DNA of 63,999 bases, filler included, from Dimargaris cristalligena (GCA_003614675.1; 4 parts of 4 records of this genome joined end to end with filler, not necessarily neighbours in it), one strand, 5' to 3'; positions 11,038 to 23,500 are shown, counted from the first letter of the whole stretch. Notes: generated from the letters alone by a model not told the origin. A program made the numbers and translations.

Positions 11038-14000
11038 TTAGAGGTCTTGTTGGGCGGCGGGGACGCTTCGCCGGGCAATGGGTTTGGGTCGGTTATCCGA
11101 AAATAGGTAGCTGCACCCCAGTTCGATCAACCAGGCCAGGCCAAAGTCCAGGGCCATGGCCAGCAGCAGACGGGGCTTGAACTGTGGCGGGAGGGGCACA
11201 AACTTCATCAAGTCATTGAGCTCCGACACCATTTCGGTGGCCCCCAGCACCGCAATCCCGCCCACCGCCAGCAGACCGCGGTAGAGAACCTTGTTATCCT
11301 GCAGACTCTCGCGGAAGGGGAAGCCCTGGTAGTTAATCGCGAAGGTGGAGATTTGCATGGATAGGGAAATGAGGTAGACGGCGGTGTTGAGCAGCGACGG
11401 CTCAAATTCGGCATCCAGCTCCACTTCCTTGTTCTCTCCGAACAGCTTGGCGTTTTGGGTCACGTAAATCAGGGCCGTGATATGGATCGCGAACTGGCCC
11501 ATCACCGAAATGATAATGTAGGGGTTGAAGATATTGGCCTGGGGGCGCTTGCGCGAGAGTTCCTCCCGCGGCGAGGCCCGCGAAATGCACATGAAACACA
11601 CGGCCACCAGCATGCCCAGAATGGTGACTTGGGTGTCCCCGAATTTAATGCCGTCCAGGTACAGCACGCTAAGGCTGTAGGCCGAAATGAGCGAGTTGAG
11701 CGCCAGAATCTTGTACATTTGCAAAGTGGCCACCAGCGTGCACCGCCCCTGGCGCACGATGTTGCAGACGGCCATGACGCTGGACAGCTTGGAGGTAAAG
11801 GGGGAAGCGACGGAGGCGTCCCCGAATTTGATGGTGGGTACTTCGTCGTCCATATCCATGTCCTGGAGCATGGACTGCAGGGCTTCGGCCGTGGGGTTGG
11901 GGGGCAGGGTCACCGCTGGAACAGCCCCCACCACCGGGCCCTCGGCCTCCGGTTGCTTCTTCGACTTCTTCTTCTTTTTCGTGACCGTTGTCGGAGCCTG
12001 GGCCTCGGCGGGGGTATCCGGGTCGGCCGTTGGCTGCTTCTTCTCGGCCTTGCGGCGGCGCTTCTCGTCCTTGGCCCGCTTCTTTTCCTGGGCGTCCAGA
12101 ATGGCCTTAAGGGCCGGGTGCGGCGCCGGGGGCGGCATGTTAAACCGCTTGGCGAAGTTGAGCTGGGCTTCGTAGGCGGTCTTCAACCGTTCGACGCGCT
12201 GGTGCTCCGCGATGCGGGTCAGGTCTTCGGGCTTGCCGTCCAGGAGGGCCACTCCGACATGGGCCTGTTTCAGGGCGCCCACGTCATTAGTGCCGTCCCC
12301 GCACATGAGGGTAATGTAGCCCAGTTGCTTCATGGTGGTGAGGATATACTCCTTGTGGCTGGGCGACACGCGCGCGTACACCCAGACGTGCGAAATCAAA
12401 TCGGCCACGATGGGCAGGTTCAGGATCTGGCTGAGCGCGGGACCAGTCAGGCACAGGTCGTACTGGTCCACCAGATCACGGGGCAGGATCGGCGCCTGGG
12501 GGTCCACGGCGATGGATGTGGTTTCGTCCACACTCATCCATCGGAGTTCGACCGGGTCCGACTCGGAAGGACCCACCGAGTGGGCCTCGAGGATCAGCAC
12601 GGGGCGTTCGACAATATCGAGTTGGCGGGCAATATGGCAGGCGGTGAGGGCATTGTCACCGGTAATCATCACTACCCGGTGGGAGGACTGATTCAGCATC
12701 TCAATGGCCCGCTTGGAGTCGGGCTTGAGGGGACAGTGGAAGACCAGGAACCCCACGAACCGCAGATCGCACTCGACCTTCTCCCGGGCCACGGCGCTCA
12801 GCTGGGCGGGTGTGGGGAACGTGGCCAGCTCCGGGAACGGCTTGTAGCCAAGGGCGAGCACCCGGCTGCCCCGACGACTGAAGGACTTGTAGGCGGCCTC
12901 GTATCCCTCGGGGACCTGGGTGAACATGCCCTGCAGGGTTTCGGGCGCGCCCTTCACGGCCGCATAGACCAGGCTCGAAGCCGCATCGGTCTGGGGCGCC
13001 AGGCGCACCAGGGTGGACATGCGCTTGAGGGCGGACGAGAACTGGAAGCGGCGCAGAATGGTCAGATCTGCGGGGACGGTGGGCTGGTCGCGGACAACGT
13101 CGGGGTCAATCGATACCCGGTCCTGGGTGCCTAGTTTCCAGCCGACGGCCTGGAGGGTCACCTTTTCCATGGGATCACCCACCACGGTGTCGTCGTCCAG
13201 CAGCACCAGGGCGTGGGCGGTGGCCAGTGTCAGGGTGGTCTCGGAGGGCAGATGGCGGGGGTCGTACAGGTCGGTCAGGGAGCGACCGATGCCGGCGATA
13301 CCCTCCACTACCAGATCCTCCCCGGTCAGGGTACCGGTCTTGTCAAAACAGCAAATGTCGAGTTTGCCGGCGAACGGGATACGGAACGGCTCGGTACAGA
13401 AAATGGCCAGCCGGGACAGGGCCACCAGCGAGGTGTTGACGGCCAGGGACAGCTCCATGGGCAGCTCGGGGGGGACCACCGACGTGACAATCAAAATGCA
13501 GTCCAGGATCACCTTGAACTTCTTGCGTTTCTCGTTTTGCATCCCTTCCACCCAGACGTAGGAGGCGGCCGCCAGGGCGAAGATGAGGAGGAACAGAATG
13601 AAAAAGAGGGCCTCGACATTATTGGCCGATACCCGCTCGGTGTTGAAGATCATGGTCCGGACTAGCTTGCCCTGGGCGGATCCGAAGCCGGTGCGCAGGA
13701 CGTAGGCCACGCAGCCGCGGTCGGGCGGGGGAGGCACAGCTCCGGCGTCGGTTTCCGCGGGCGTCACCTGGAGGATCTTGGTCCCGCCGAAGAGCATGTG
13801 GACTTTATCGGCCCCGTTCATGTCGAGTCGGTCCGCGGGGTCCCGCTGGCGCACGGACTCCTTGAGCAGCGGGGTGGATTCGCCGGAGAGCATCGCCTCA
13901 TTGACAATGCAAGTGCCGTCGACCAGGAGCATATCGCAGGGCACGGCCCGGTCACCTTCGGTACGGGTCAGGGAGCAGACATCCCCCGGAAGTAGTTGGT

Positions 14001-14942
14001 CGGAGTGGATGGCCACCCACGCCTTTTCGCGATAGACGAGCAGTTCAAAGGGGCTGAGCGACAGGCTACGGAATTCCTTGAGGGTGCGCACCCGCTGGAA
14101 GACAACGGTGGACTCGAATACCACCAGCATCATAAGGGTAAAGATGGAGTAGTACCAGTACTCGTCGAGGCACCACAGGCCGACGCAAAAGAGCTGGAAG
14201 ATAAAGAAGGGGGCCACGGCGTGTTCCTTGAAGAGCTCCTGGAAGGTGGGAACGGGCACGTCGAACCGGTTGGAGCCGAAGCATTCGGTCTGCCGGGCCA
14301 CCTCCCCGGCCGTTGTTAGGCCGTGGGAGGCCTGGAAGGCACCGAGGGCCGGGTGGTCCTTGGACGGGTAATGGATTTTGACAAACTGGTCGCAGGTGGG
14401 GTCGTAGGTGAAGCGCTTCTTTTGGAAGTGAAAGAACACCACTCCCTCGGGGCGTTCGGCGGTGGCGGGGCCCCGTTCCAGGGGACACAGTTCGGCCTGG
14501 CCGCGGTGTTTTTGGGGGACCACTAAAATGACATGGGCCGCGTTCAGGTCCGTGGTGGTGCGGCAAGTGGTGCGGGCCTTGACGGGAATGCTCCACTGCC
14601 CGGAGAGAAACGCCAAGGCATGGAGGCTAATGAGCAACGCGAGCGATATAAACGTGTATTCTACGGAGCCAAAGAAGCGATCGTAGTACTGCACGTAGCC
14701 AGCGAGCCAGACGGGGTAGAGGGACATGAAGGGCCATACATACAGATGTTGCCAGCGCGGCAATTGGACCAGGAGGGAGGCCTGCCGGATGGACTTGGCC
14801 TGAATGAGCCGCTGGGTGGGCCTGGTGATGGGGTGGTAGGACGGTTAGAGGGAATAAGGACGGTACGAGGTTAGTTTGGGAAGGTGGATGGGCGGGCGAA
14901 GCGTTGATACAGGGAGTGGGGAGCCGAAACTTACGAGGCCAT
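11038..14942 (-). CDS. SPF1: ER P5A-type ATPase (Spf1/ATP13A1)
   Basis: DKTGTLT phosphorylation site, P5A motif PPELPMEL, LSGES, KGAPE, TGD, GDGTND. Exon 1 is ATGGCCTC (14935-14942), intron 14822-14934 (GTAAGT...ACTAAC...CAG), exon 2 is 11038-14821, giving MASPTQRLIQAKSIRQASLLVQLPRW. Confidence 0.95.
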
Positions 14943-15868
14943 GGTCAAGGTATGGGCGCGACGAAGGGGGAGACGCGGATCCGTTGGGGGTAAAGGTTGT
15001 ATAGATCGGGGCCGCCTAAGTCGTTTTACGCGGGAAATCGTTACACCTGGCAGCAAATACTAAATGGCGAAACAAAAAGGAATGGAAGATTTCGTGAAAG
15101 GAGCCGTTGGTTTAAGTTAATCGCGAGGGACGACGGTATGTACCTCAGATGGGGGCGAGGCGCTCTAAGGGCGTTGGGTTTAGCAGCTGTCAGGGACAAC
15201 CAATGCTGCTGATTCGACGGGCCTAAAGATGGCGAAGGACCATGACGTTACCCCCATGTCCACAGGCTAGGCGCGCTTTTTGGGCGGGGATTGAGGACAG
15301 ACGGGGCTCTAGTAATTAACAACTACTAGAGACGAATTGGCACTGCCCTAGGGCTTTATAGGTCAAATTCATTACTATAAATATGGTGATGGGCAACTCC
15401 TTAGACGTGCTAGGCCTGGGTATCTCTAAAACAGCATTACCATCCTTCTTGGGCTGCTTGAACATGGTGATGAAAGGTCCCAATTAGACAGGATTGGGAA
15501 TGCTCAGGTAAAATATAGGAATATTTATAGTAAATCTAAGGCAGACAACCTCTTGGTTATAATTTGCCATCTACAGGGAATATAAAAGGTCAGGTTGGTC
15601 AAAAACCCCCACAAGCTACCAATATGGAGGGAAAAATTAGGGGGTAAAATAGTGAGTAGACCCCAGGAAGAAACCAGGCCTTATAACAACCTACCCTAAC
15701 TTAACCTACACAGGTGGAGGTAGTAATGCTATGGGAATAGGCTGGGTTAGGGATATCCTCCTCTGCTATCCAGTCCTTTGGTAATTTTACCCAATTTTTA
15801 CCCACTATTCAATTATTCACCAGATTATACACTTATTAGAAGTATGGCCCTAAAAATAAATGTACCCC

Positions 15869-16991
15869 TGAGGTGCCAAATTAGATGAAACTGGGTGAAA
15901 GGCTAATTAGCACCTAAAGCCAAGGTGATAAAAAGGGACTTTTTGCCAAGTACAAGGAATAGGAGAACAGAGAGTAAACTGAGTAGTAGCTAATAGCCAC
16001 CCGAAGCCAAGGTGATATTAGTGTTCTACAAGGGGGTCAAAGGAGTCAGATAACAATGCCTAGGAAGTAAGGGGCTAAAGTTGTCTGTCCTTTCAAGGGG
16101 ATGGATAAGGGGTTTATTTATAGTTTTTCATCAGAGGGGAAACATAGGGAGAATCAGAGGGAAATGATAGATTAGTCATCAACATGAGAACTTATGCATG
16201 TGATAGAACTATAAACTAATCAAACTATACTTAGCACATGGAAAGGCTTAGCATAAACAGGGGGACCAATCAATAGGATGGTGGGCTGGTAGTTATGTGA
16301 AACATAGCCAGTGAAATGTAAAAACCAATCAGGGAGCTGGTGGCATGTGGTTATGTGAAACATAGCCAGTGAAGAGGAAAAAACCAATCAATGGGCTAGT
16401 GGCATGTGGTTCTGTAAAACATGGCTAATGAAATGGAAATGGAGAGAAGAAGGGAGAAGGAAAATGTAATGTGGTATAGGCACCACACTCTCCCTTCTTA
16501 AGAGAAGAGTATATTCTTCAAAGGGGGTCTGGGCATCTATGGGCTGGCTTTATTCTGGATGAATGTATGGGTTTCCTAGTGAGCTGGAGTCTGGTGGGGG
16601 TCAAGGTGTATGTGTTCCAACTAAGCTGGGTGGCAATAGTGAATGGGCCTAGCCACCTGGGTTCAAAGGTCTTATCTGTGATATTCTTGATCATAACTGA
16701 ATCACCGGGGTTGTATACACGAATTTTGGGTTTACTAGACCAGAATTTTGCCTTAAGGTTCCGATGCGCTGAGATTCTTGCTTTGAGTGCCTGGCTTCTG
16801 ACCAACTGAAGATTCAAAAATCGGCCGGTGGGATCTGGAAAATGGGAAGGGAAGTCAACAGTAGGTTCAATCTCTTTTAGCATATTAGGGGTGCCTGGGA
16901 GTCTGGGCTCAACACCATACAAGAGAGTAAATGGGGTAAAGCCAGTGGTTCTGGACCTCTGGGACCTGATCATCAAGAGGGCAAATAATCC
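15869..16991 (-). mobile_element. 3' end of a Ty3/gypsy LTR retrotransposon: integrase C-terminus, PPT and 3' LTR; cut by the contig end
   Basis: ORF 16518-16976 has TTGFTPFTLLYGVEPRLP and a GPY/F module (PGDSVMIK...PRWLGPFTI...IHSSRIKP). PPT AAGAAGGGAGAG at 16488-16499. LTR 15869-16487 has termini TGTGGTGCC...GGCACCTCA (8/9 inverted match) and a TATAAATA at ~16115-16122 on the minus strand. Confidence 0.88.
16265..16440. repeat. Three tandem ~59-bp repeats in the LTR U3 region
   Basis: ACCAATCA...GGTT(A/C)TGT(G/A)AAACAT(A/G)GC units start at 16265, 16324 and 16383. Confidence 0.85.
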
Positions 16992-17091
16992 NNNNNNNNN
17001 NNNNNNNNNNNNNNNNNNNNNNNNNNNNNNNNNNNTTAATTAATTAANNNNNNNNNNNNNNNNNNNNNNNNNNNNNNNNNNNNNNNNNNNN
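16992..17091. other. Artificial contig linker (N44-TTAATTAATTAA-N44)
   Basis: 100-nt spacer whose core gives stop codons in all six frames; identical at three sites. Confidence 0.98.
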
Positions 17092-17195
17092 ATTTGATGA
17101 GGTAAATATTACTGGTCAAAAGTTATTCTCCCACATATTATCCCATTCACATATTGTGTAAAATCTTATACAGTTGGGTTGAAGTTCACCCATAT
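17092..17195 (+). repeat. Dispersed ~105-bp repeat, copy 2 (at contig start)
   Basis: Aligns by eye with 1568-1674. Confidence 0.7.
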
Positions 17196-17384
17196 GCTGT
17201 TGTGGGCCATTGTTATTCGTTAATCCCACCCACTCACTCAAGGAAAGACTCTGAAGAACTTTAGAGGTTTTGCAAAACCACCTCCACCAGTGCACTAAAA
17301 TTAAATCCCAGGTTCTAGCCTACCCTTTCTTTGCTAGCGCCCTTCAGTTTCTCTGGTGGATTCCCTTCCCGATCACGTTGAGCC

Positions 17385-18803
17385 ATGAGCAGAATACCTC
17401 TAAGTTACCCTCGATTCACCGTCCCCATTGGTCGGCTCGCCTTCTTCCAGTCGAGTCGCTGCTGGTCGTTGACCCGAGCCAGTCACATCCAGACCCACAC
17501 CCATTCCGGTCAAAACCGCGAACCCCCGGTTTCCTCTTCAGTGAGTCCCAAAACTCCCGCCAAACCACCGACACCTGGTTCCCATACAACCCTCGCCCCT
17601 CCCGTCGTTTTCCCCCCTCGACTGAATTCGGAAACCATCCAAATATACCTCCTCGTTTTCAAACTGTTGAACAAGGGCTTGAAGTTAAACCGGATCACCC
17701 CTAAGCTCCTTAAACTCCTTTACCCCACTCTGGCCGAGACCCGGATCTGGTACCACCATACCCCTTTCTTGGCTAGCTTTCGGGAAGGCCGTAACCGACT
17801 CTCTTGGTTCCTAAACCTCGATCCCGAACTGACCACTGAGAATCTTGAGCAATTCGTGCAATGGGAACATGCTTACCAAGACCGGATTATCCATAAGAAG
17901 AAGTGGTCACCCGAGGAGGACGCCCGTCTGCTCGACGCCCATGCGCAGTGGCGTTCCGCCGGCTGGAAGACAGTCGCTTCAGTATTCGGGGAAGGTCGAA
18001 GCATGTTTTCCTGTCAGTCCCGGTACTTCTATTTAACCCGGGAACGCAAAACCACCCAACCACCGAGTGCTGCATTTATTCGGGTGCTAACCATTCGGCT
18101 CAGAAAATACAAGCAGGACTGGTCCCAGGTCCACCAACACTATCCAGACTGGTCCATGGCCGAACTTCAATCGCTCCGGCTACCCGAGTTGCCCAAGCGT
18201 CAGAGCCACGGTAAGATATGGTCCGCATCGGAAATTGCCCAGTTACGCACTACCGTGGCCCAGCTCGGTCCCCGCAAATGGCATAAAATCGCCGCCCTGA
18301 TGGACCACAAGTCTGCGACGCAATGCTCCAATAAATGGATCGAACTGAGTGGCGCGTTCGATTTGTCCCCTTGCTCCCCTGACGACATGGCCCATATTCT
18401 ATTTTATCTGGCCGTCTATTATCCCCACATTATTCGGCCCCTTTGTCCTAGACTTGTCGAGGGTATTCCCACCAAGTACCAGGAACATGCTCTGTCGCCA
18501 ACTAACTGTATCTACTGGGGATTTATTGGCAGTCATTTTTCAACACCCCGGGCAACCCCCCACTATGTACAGGCCTGGGTGATCATAAGGGTAATTATGA
18601 AACTTCTGAACCAGTTAAACCCAGAGCTTGAGAAGCGGTTGGACCACGTCCAGTCAGTCCATGGCGACAAGAAGTCCTTTAGACAAGAATTAATTAAGCA
18701 CCGCATCACCGGATCTTTGGCTACATTTATGCGTGGCCGGGAACTTGAGCGTCGTTTTTGGGAGTTGGTTAAAAGCCCTCCGCCCCTATCTAATACCTCT
18801 TGA
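17385..18803 (+). CDS. Myb/SANT-repeat protein
   Basis: Myb repeats KWSPEEDARLL...GWKTVA...RSMFSCQSRY and IWSASEIAQL...RKWHKIAALM..KSATQCSNKW, with a degenerate repeat (KQDWSQV) between them. Confidence 0.82.
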   Translation: MSRIPLSYPRFTVPIGRLAFFQSSRCWSLTRASHIQTHTHSGQNREPPVSSSVSPKTPAKPPTPGSHTTLAPPVVFPPRLNSETIQIYLLVFKLLNKGLKLNRITPKLLKLLYPTLAETRIWYHHTPFLASFREGRNRLSWFLNLDPELTTENLEQFVQWEHAYQDRIIHKKKWSPEEDARLLDAHAQWRSAGWKTVASVFGEGRSMFSCQSRYFYLTRERKTTQPPSAAFIRVLTIRLRKYKQDWSQVHQHYPDWSMAELQSLRLPELPKRQSHGKIWSASEIAQLRTTVAQLGPRKWHKIAALMDHKSATQCSNKWIELSGAFDLSPCSPDDMAHILFYLAVYYPHIIRPLCPRLVEGIPTKYQEHALSPTNCIYWGFIGSHFSTPRATPHYVQAWVIIRVIMKLLNQLNPELEKRLDHVQSVHGDKKSFRQELIKHRITGSLATFMRGRELERRFWELVKSPPPLSNTS

Positions 18804-19092
18804 CCCGGCGGTTGGTTGCAGTCTACAGCCAGCCATGCGGCGGGGTGTGCTCCCTTCCAAATACCTGCCGTTCAGTGGGTAGGGCAGTATTGGGTCAGCG
18901 ACAAGGCCCGTTAAGTACTAATTATAATAGTATACATTGAATTTTTTATTAAATTATTTAGCATTGTTTTTTTCTTTAAAGAAGTCCCTTGATTACCAGT
19001 ATGCGGTTGTATATGGATGATAAGTGAATGGTCCCGTTTCCCGACCAGATTGGGGTGGCCAGCGCAGCAATTAACTCTAAGACGGGACGGTG

Positions 19093-19966
19093 CTACATAG
19101 TGGGCCGAGCCGACGTTACCGTGACTTCATTGACGTCTAAAGTATTAAAAACCGAAGGGGTCAGAGGAGTGGCCACGCCTGATGCGCGTTGAAGGGCACG
19201 CTGGAGCAGCTGGGCACAGTGGCGGGCTTCCAAGGCATCCTAGATAGAACCCACGGGTTAATCCGAAGGCAATGGGGATGGGTAGAGGATATCGGACAGT
19301 TGTGGGGTTGGTGGATTAGATTAAGCCATGGGACACATAGGATAAATAGGGTCGACTTTGCTTGGGAAGGCGATGTAATCAATGGCCGAAAGAAAAACCA
19401 AGGTTATTAGCGAATTACCTGAGTATTGACGTAAAATATAGGCAATTCCCCGAATTCATCTAAAGTCACTTCCAAATCGACCAGTTCGAACGCGTGCTGG
19501 GATTTCCGATCAACTGGTAGTATAAGTACATGGGATATAATGGTTTTATATGAGTTAAGCGCGGATGGTATAGGTAGACAGCTAAGAATAGTCTGGCTAA
19601 AACCGGGTAGCCTTCGAAAGGGGAGTCGAACTTACAGAAAGTAGCGAGGATGGAGAGCCGGCCCAAGAAGTATTCGGGGGGCACTAGAAGCAACTGGCGT
19701 TTGAGGTCTCCCAAAGCCGCCAAGTCGGTGAGATTGACCAGCAGGACTACGAAGTCAACGTGTAGGGGCTGGTTGGTGGGCAGGGGGGTGGGCAAGTCGG
19801 AGCAGGTATGGACGACGAGGTCGTGCTTGGGTGAGCGGGGGTCAATCAGGTGCTGGGCCAGGGCTCGTTTGCCGCTGCCCTGTTTACCCACCAGCAGTAG
19901 GTGTAGTGGTAGGTTCGAGCCGGCGGCTTCGCTGGGATTAAAGCCGAAGCCAGCCTCTTGTGACAT
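19093..19966 (-). CDS. CENPM: Centromere protein M (CENP-M) homolog, 3 exons, 190 aa
   Basis: Exons 19636-19966, 19419-19513 and 19093-19239, all with GT-AG introns and in frame. Motifs LLLVG, VHTCSDLPTP, VDFVVLLVNL, VPPEYFLGRLSILAT, LPIFY and CAQLLQRALQRASG match the CENP-M pattern as I recall it (ILLVG/VHLAKSLPLP/IDLIVFVVNL/FFLGKVCFLAT/AQRLVRVLQICAG). Confidence 0.82.
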
Positions 19967-20595
19967 GATGGCGTGGGGTAAATAGGGACGGTTTACTTCA
20001 CGGTCGTTGTTGCCCTCTTTCCCGTTTTATCGCGTGCCGTTCGGAATAATGAAGCCAAAGGGAGGATTATAATGAGGTGGTGGAGGTGGAAATGAAGCCC
20101 CGCGGGTAACAACCAGGCGCCTGGAAAACGTGTGCCTTGCGCAGAAATACCAGGGCTCCGGAAAGGGTGACTCTCTTGTGCGGGAACGGGGGTCAATTAC
20201 CCAGGTGGAAGTGGTTTATTACACTATTTCAGTTACCCGCAGCCTTTATGCGCATATACACACTCCATAGTGCTGAGCTACGTATAAAACCCCCACTGAT
20301 ACCACCATTGGATTATATGCGACCTGGGGTAACTCATATATACAATCGCCCTCTCCAATCCCACTGCCCCATTTTTTTCTATATAGCCCTTTCCTTTCCT
20401 TTTTTTCCGCCCTGCTTGTAAGCATAACCAGCCGCTGGTTAGTTCTTTAGTTACCCAGTTCAGCCATTTTTGAGCAGCTTGGGCCACTGGTTGAATACTC
20501 CCTTTTTAGCGACCATTCTTCCAGAAACCTGCATACTATACCCGCTACCTCTTCGTCTTATTGTTCCTATTTTACTATATTTTCTTTTTTGCCTC

Positions 20596-23500
20596 ATGAC
20601 CCCCTCTTCTTTTGCCCTTGCGGCCGGATCGCCGGCCGCCGCTGCCACGACGGCCCTTTCACAGAATACCCCCGCTCCAGCTAGTCAACCAACTACCATA
20701 AATTCACGTACCCTCGAACTCAACAAGAAACTCGTAAATAAATTAGTCGACCTTAACTGGTCCGACGAGGCTATCCTACGCTCCAATTCCAGCCCTACTT
20801 TGGCGGAGGCCCTGCGCCAAGTCCGCGCTGCCCGCGCCTCCACTATCACGGCCCCGGCGTTCCCACAGCCGCCTTCCGCCCACAGCCGCTCGGGGTTGGC
20901 CTCACTTAACCCCGAGGAGGTTGAAGATGGTGAATTGTCGTCCTCGACTCCGGAGCCGCTTGATTTTCCCACTGCCCGGGCCACTTCAGTGATCGCGATT
21001 CTCTCGTCTCCAAACTCAACCCCCGCTATCGAAGGCGACCCAGAGCCAAATCGAGAACCTTCGTTGGCGCTGGAAGACGAACCTAACCCATTCGTGTTAT
21101 CCCCCCCGCCCCAGGTGACCCAAATATCCGATGATTCTGAGGAAGAGGAGGGCATTTTGACCGTCTATAATGGATCCACCCCCGAACTGCAGCCGACAGG
21201 TAATGGTGATGGTGACGTTCCCGCCACTAGCCAACACGCCTCTGACAGTGAAATGGACTTGTCGTCCGATGACAATGCGGTCGACCACCACGATTGGTCC
21301 TATCCGGCTACCTTGGCCTACGGCCCATTCCACGGCTCGTTCGCTGGCCATTCAGGAGGCTGGTGGCCGGCGATGTCCCAGCCCGGCTACCCAATGAACA
21401 ACCCTCTCCGTTTAAGCTATCCCTACAACCATAATGGTCAAATATACCCTTCCTCGGGTTACCCGGTAAATGGTGCCCCCGGGGCATATCACCCGTGGAC
21501 CTCCAACCACCAACCCGACTCTGAGTCCGAGGAATCCACCTCGGCCACAACGACCTACTCCGAACGTGGCCCCCAATTTAGTCAGGCGTTTGGGTTATTA
21601 CAACATCAACTTGGCGATGGTATGAGTCCCGGGGCCTCTCGCGGCTCGGTAAGGCCCCCCGCAGGCTCACAGTTCACCGATCCTCACGAACCTTATACGA
21701 GCTCGTTCAGCCGCAAGGCGTGGTCCAGTTTTAAGTCCGACCTAGTCAATCAGCAGTTTTCCTCACGGCCACCCTCCTTTGTCGCTCTTCAAGCCAGCTT
21801 GGGCAATATCGAGTTAAGCGATTCGGAATCCGACATGGAAACCGATGGTCCCCAGCGTTTGGAAACCAGTTTGAATCGCTCGTGCATGGACCAGTACCTA
21901 GAGGAGCGACAAACACGGTCCAGTGACCATCGTTACGGCGCCCCCCAGCGGAGAGGCTTCCCTGACTCAACGGAGTTGAGTAGGACAGCCAGCCAAAATG
22001 GATTCGGGGCTCAGTCAAATACCAAGACGCTCCTGCAGCAGCAGGAGGAAAAAATCGCCCAAATGAAGCGGCTCATCGAGCAAATGGAGAAAAATAAGCG
22101 CGACACGGCGACCAGTAAGCCATCGGGTGGCTCAGCACTCGAAACACCCGCCAGTGCCCCCCAGCCGGAAGGCAGTGATAGGCGTCCCGCCTTGGAAAGA
22201 ATTACCCCAACCAGCTCCGTCGCATCCGCAACGATAAATCCGCCTGGGTCGCATTCAATTTTGGAGGCATCGCCTGATTCTGATCCAACTTGTATCGACA
22301 TCCTGGTTCCCAAGCCGCAGGCCCTTAAACAACCCAACCTCGACTCCGAATCATCCGAGAGTTCCGAGAATTCCGAGGATTGCGAGGATTCCAACGCGTT
22401 ACCTCCACCACTCTCCAGCCCCCCCGCCACAGACCTATATCCCCCCGAGCCCGCTACGGACTGGCAGGCGATTCAATCCGAAATTGACCGTCTCGAGTCC
22501 CAGACTCAGGAGGAGGAAGCCCGTGCCCACGAACATTTTAGCCAATATCAGCAGCAACTGAAAACATCCTTGAACCTCAAGGCAATGTTACAGCGGATCC
22601 AGGATCAAATGGCTACGAGTCGTCGGGCTTATAATAGGACCAGCCATGTCGCCACCAAGCTCCGGAGTCAAATACAGGAAAAACGTGCCTTGTTTCTTGG
22701 CCAAGATGAATCGGTCATACCTCCTAGCCTTTGTCAGCCAGACCATTCGACTGTAGTACCCGTAGTGGCAACGCCAGCGCCTTCTATTCCCATCAAGTCT
22801 ACGGTTGCTGCCGATACCGTCAAACAATTGAAGCGCAAATTGGATAGCATTCAACAGGAGCATAATGCCCTCGTGTTAAAGCAAACGGCGATCCTACCCC
22901 AAGCGAAGAAACGGCCCCCCACTCCCCCGACCGCGAGGCTGCCGACGCATGATTCACTGACCCGCTTCATGGATCGGATCATGACTTGGGCTAAAGATCA
23001 CCCAATCACCCGTTATCAGCCGGCCCCCGAAATTGTTTCAACGCCAATGCCTTCGGAATGTACCGTCATTCCGAGTCCGGAAGACAAGGAAGAGCTCCCT
23101 GCTCTGGATGCCAAACTAGCGACCCGTCTCCGTTCCTTCCGTGTATCCTGTTTCCAAAGTGTTCTAGACCGATTTTTCCGCCCCGATGACATCAAATCGC
23201 TGGCCTACGCTCCGAAAATAGACCCTAACGTCCCCTTATGTCTATACGAGACCTTGGGAGGGGAGTGTCATGATACGAGCTGTCAGTCTACTCATTTTCG
23301 GGACCTAGAAATCACCGTCGACGAATTTCTCTGTACCCTACTTGATTATTACCCCGATTCTGCTGAGTCAGAGAAGGCGGGTTACTGCGCTTCCCTTATG
23401 CACACCCTCTTTAAGATCACTGATCAGGGTCAGACCATTTCCCCTGCCGAGTTGTTTGCCTGTATACTGAATCATCGGTCCAACTATATCATGGGTCGAG

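Noticed and set aside
11455..13134. 559-aa antisense ORF over SPF1, and similar shadow ORFs over RPL4, STE12, SCS7, the cyclin and MAS2
   Set aside because: Expected by-product of strong GC3 codon bias on the sense strand; no recognisable motifs.
16265..16440. Spaced repeats as a possible CRISPR-like array
   Set aside because: They are degenerate tandem units without unique spacers, sit inside an LTR, and no cas genes are present.
17036..17047. TTAATTAATTAA palindrome occurring three times
   Set aside because: Synthetic linker embedded in N runs.
20470..20595. Hydrophobic N-terminal extension of the ZFC3H1-like ORF as a signal or TM segment
   Set aside because: It starts at TTG and is translated pyrimidine-rich 5' UTR. 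The same applies to the 35045-35431 extension and to intron-derived 58493-58579.
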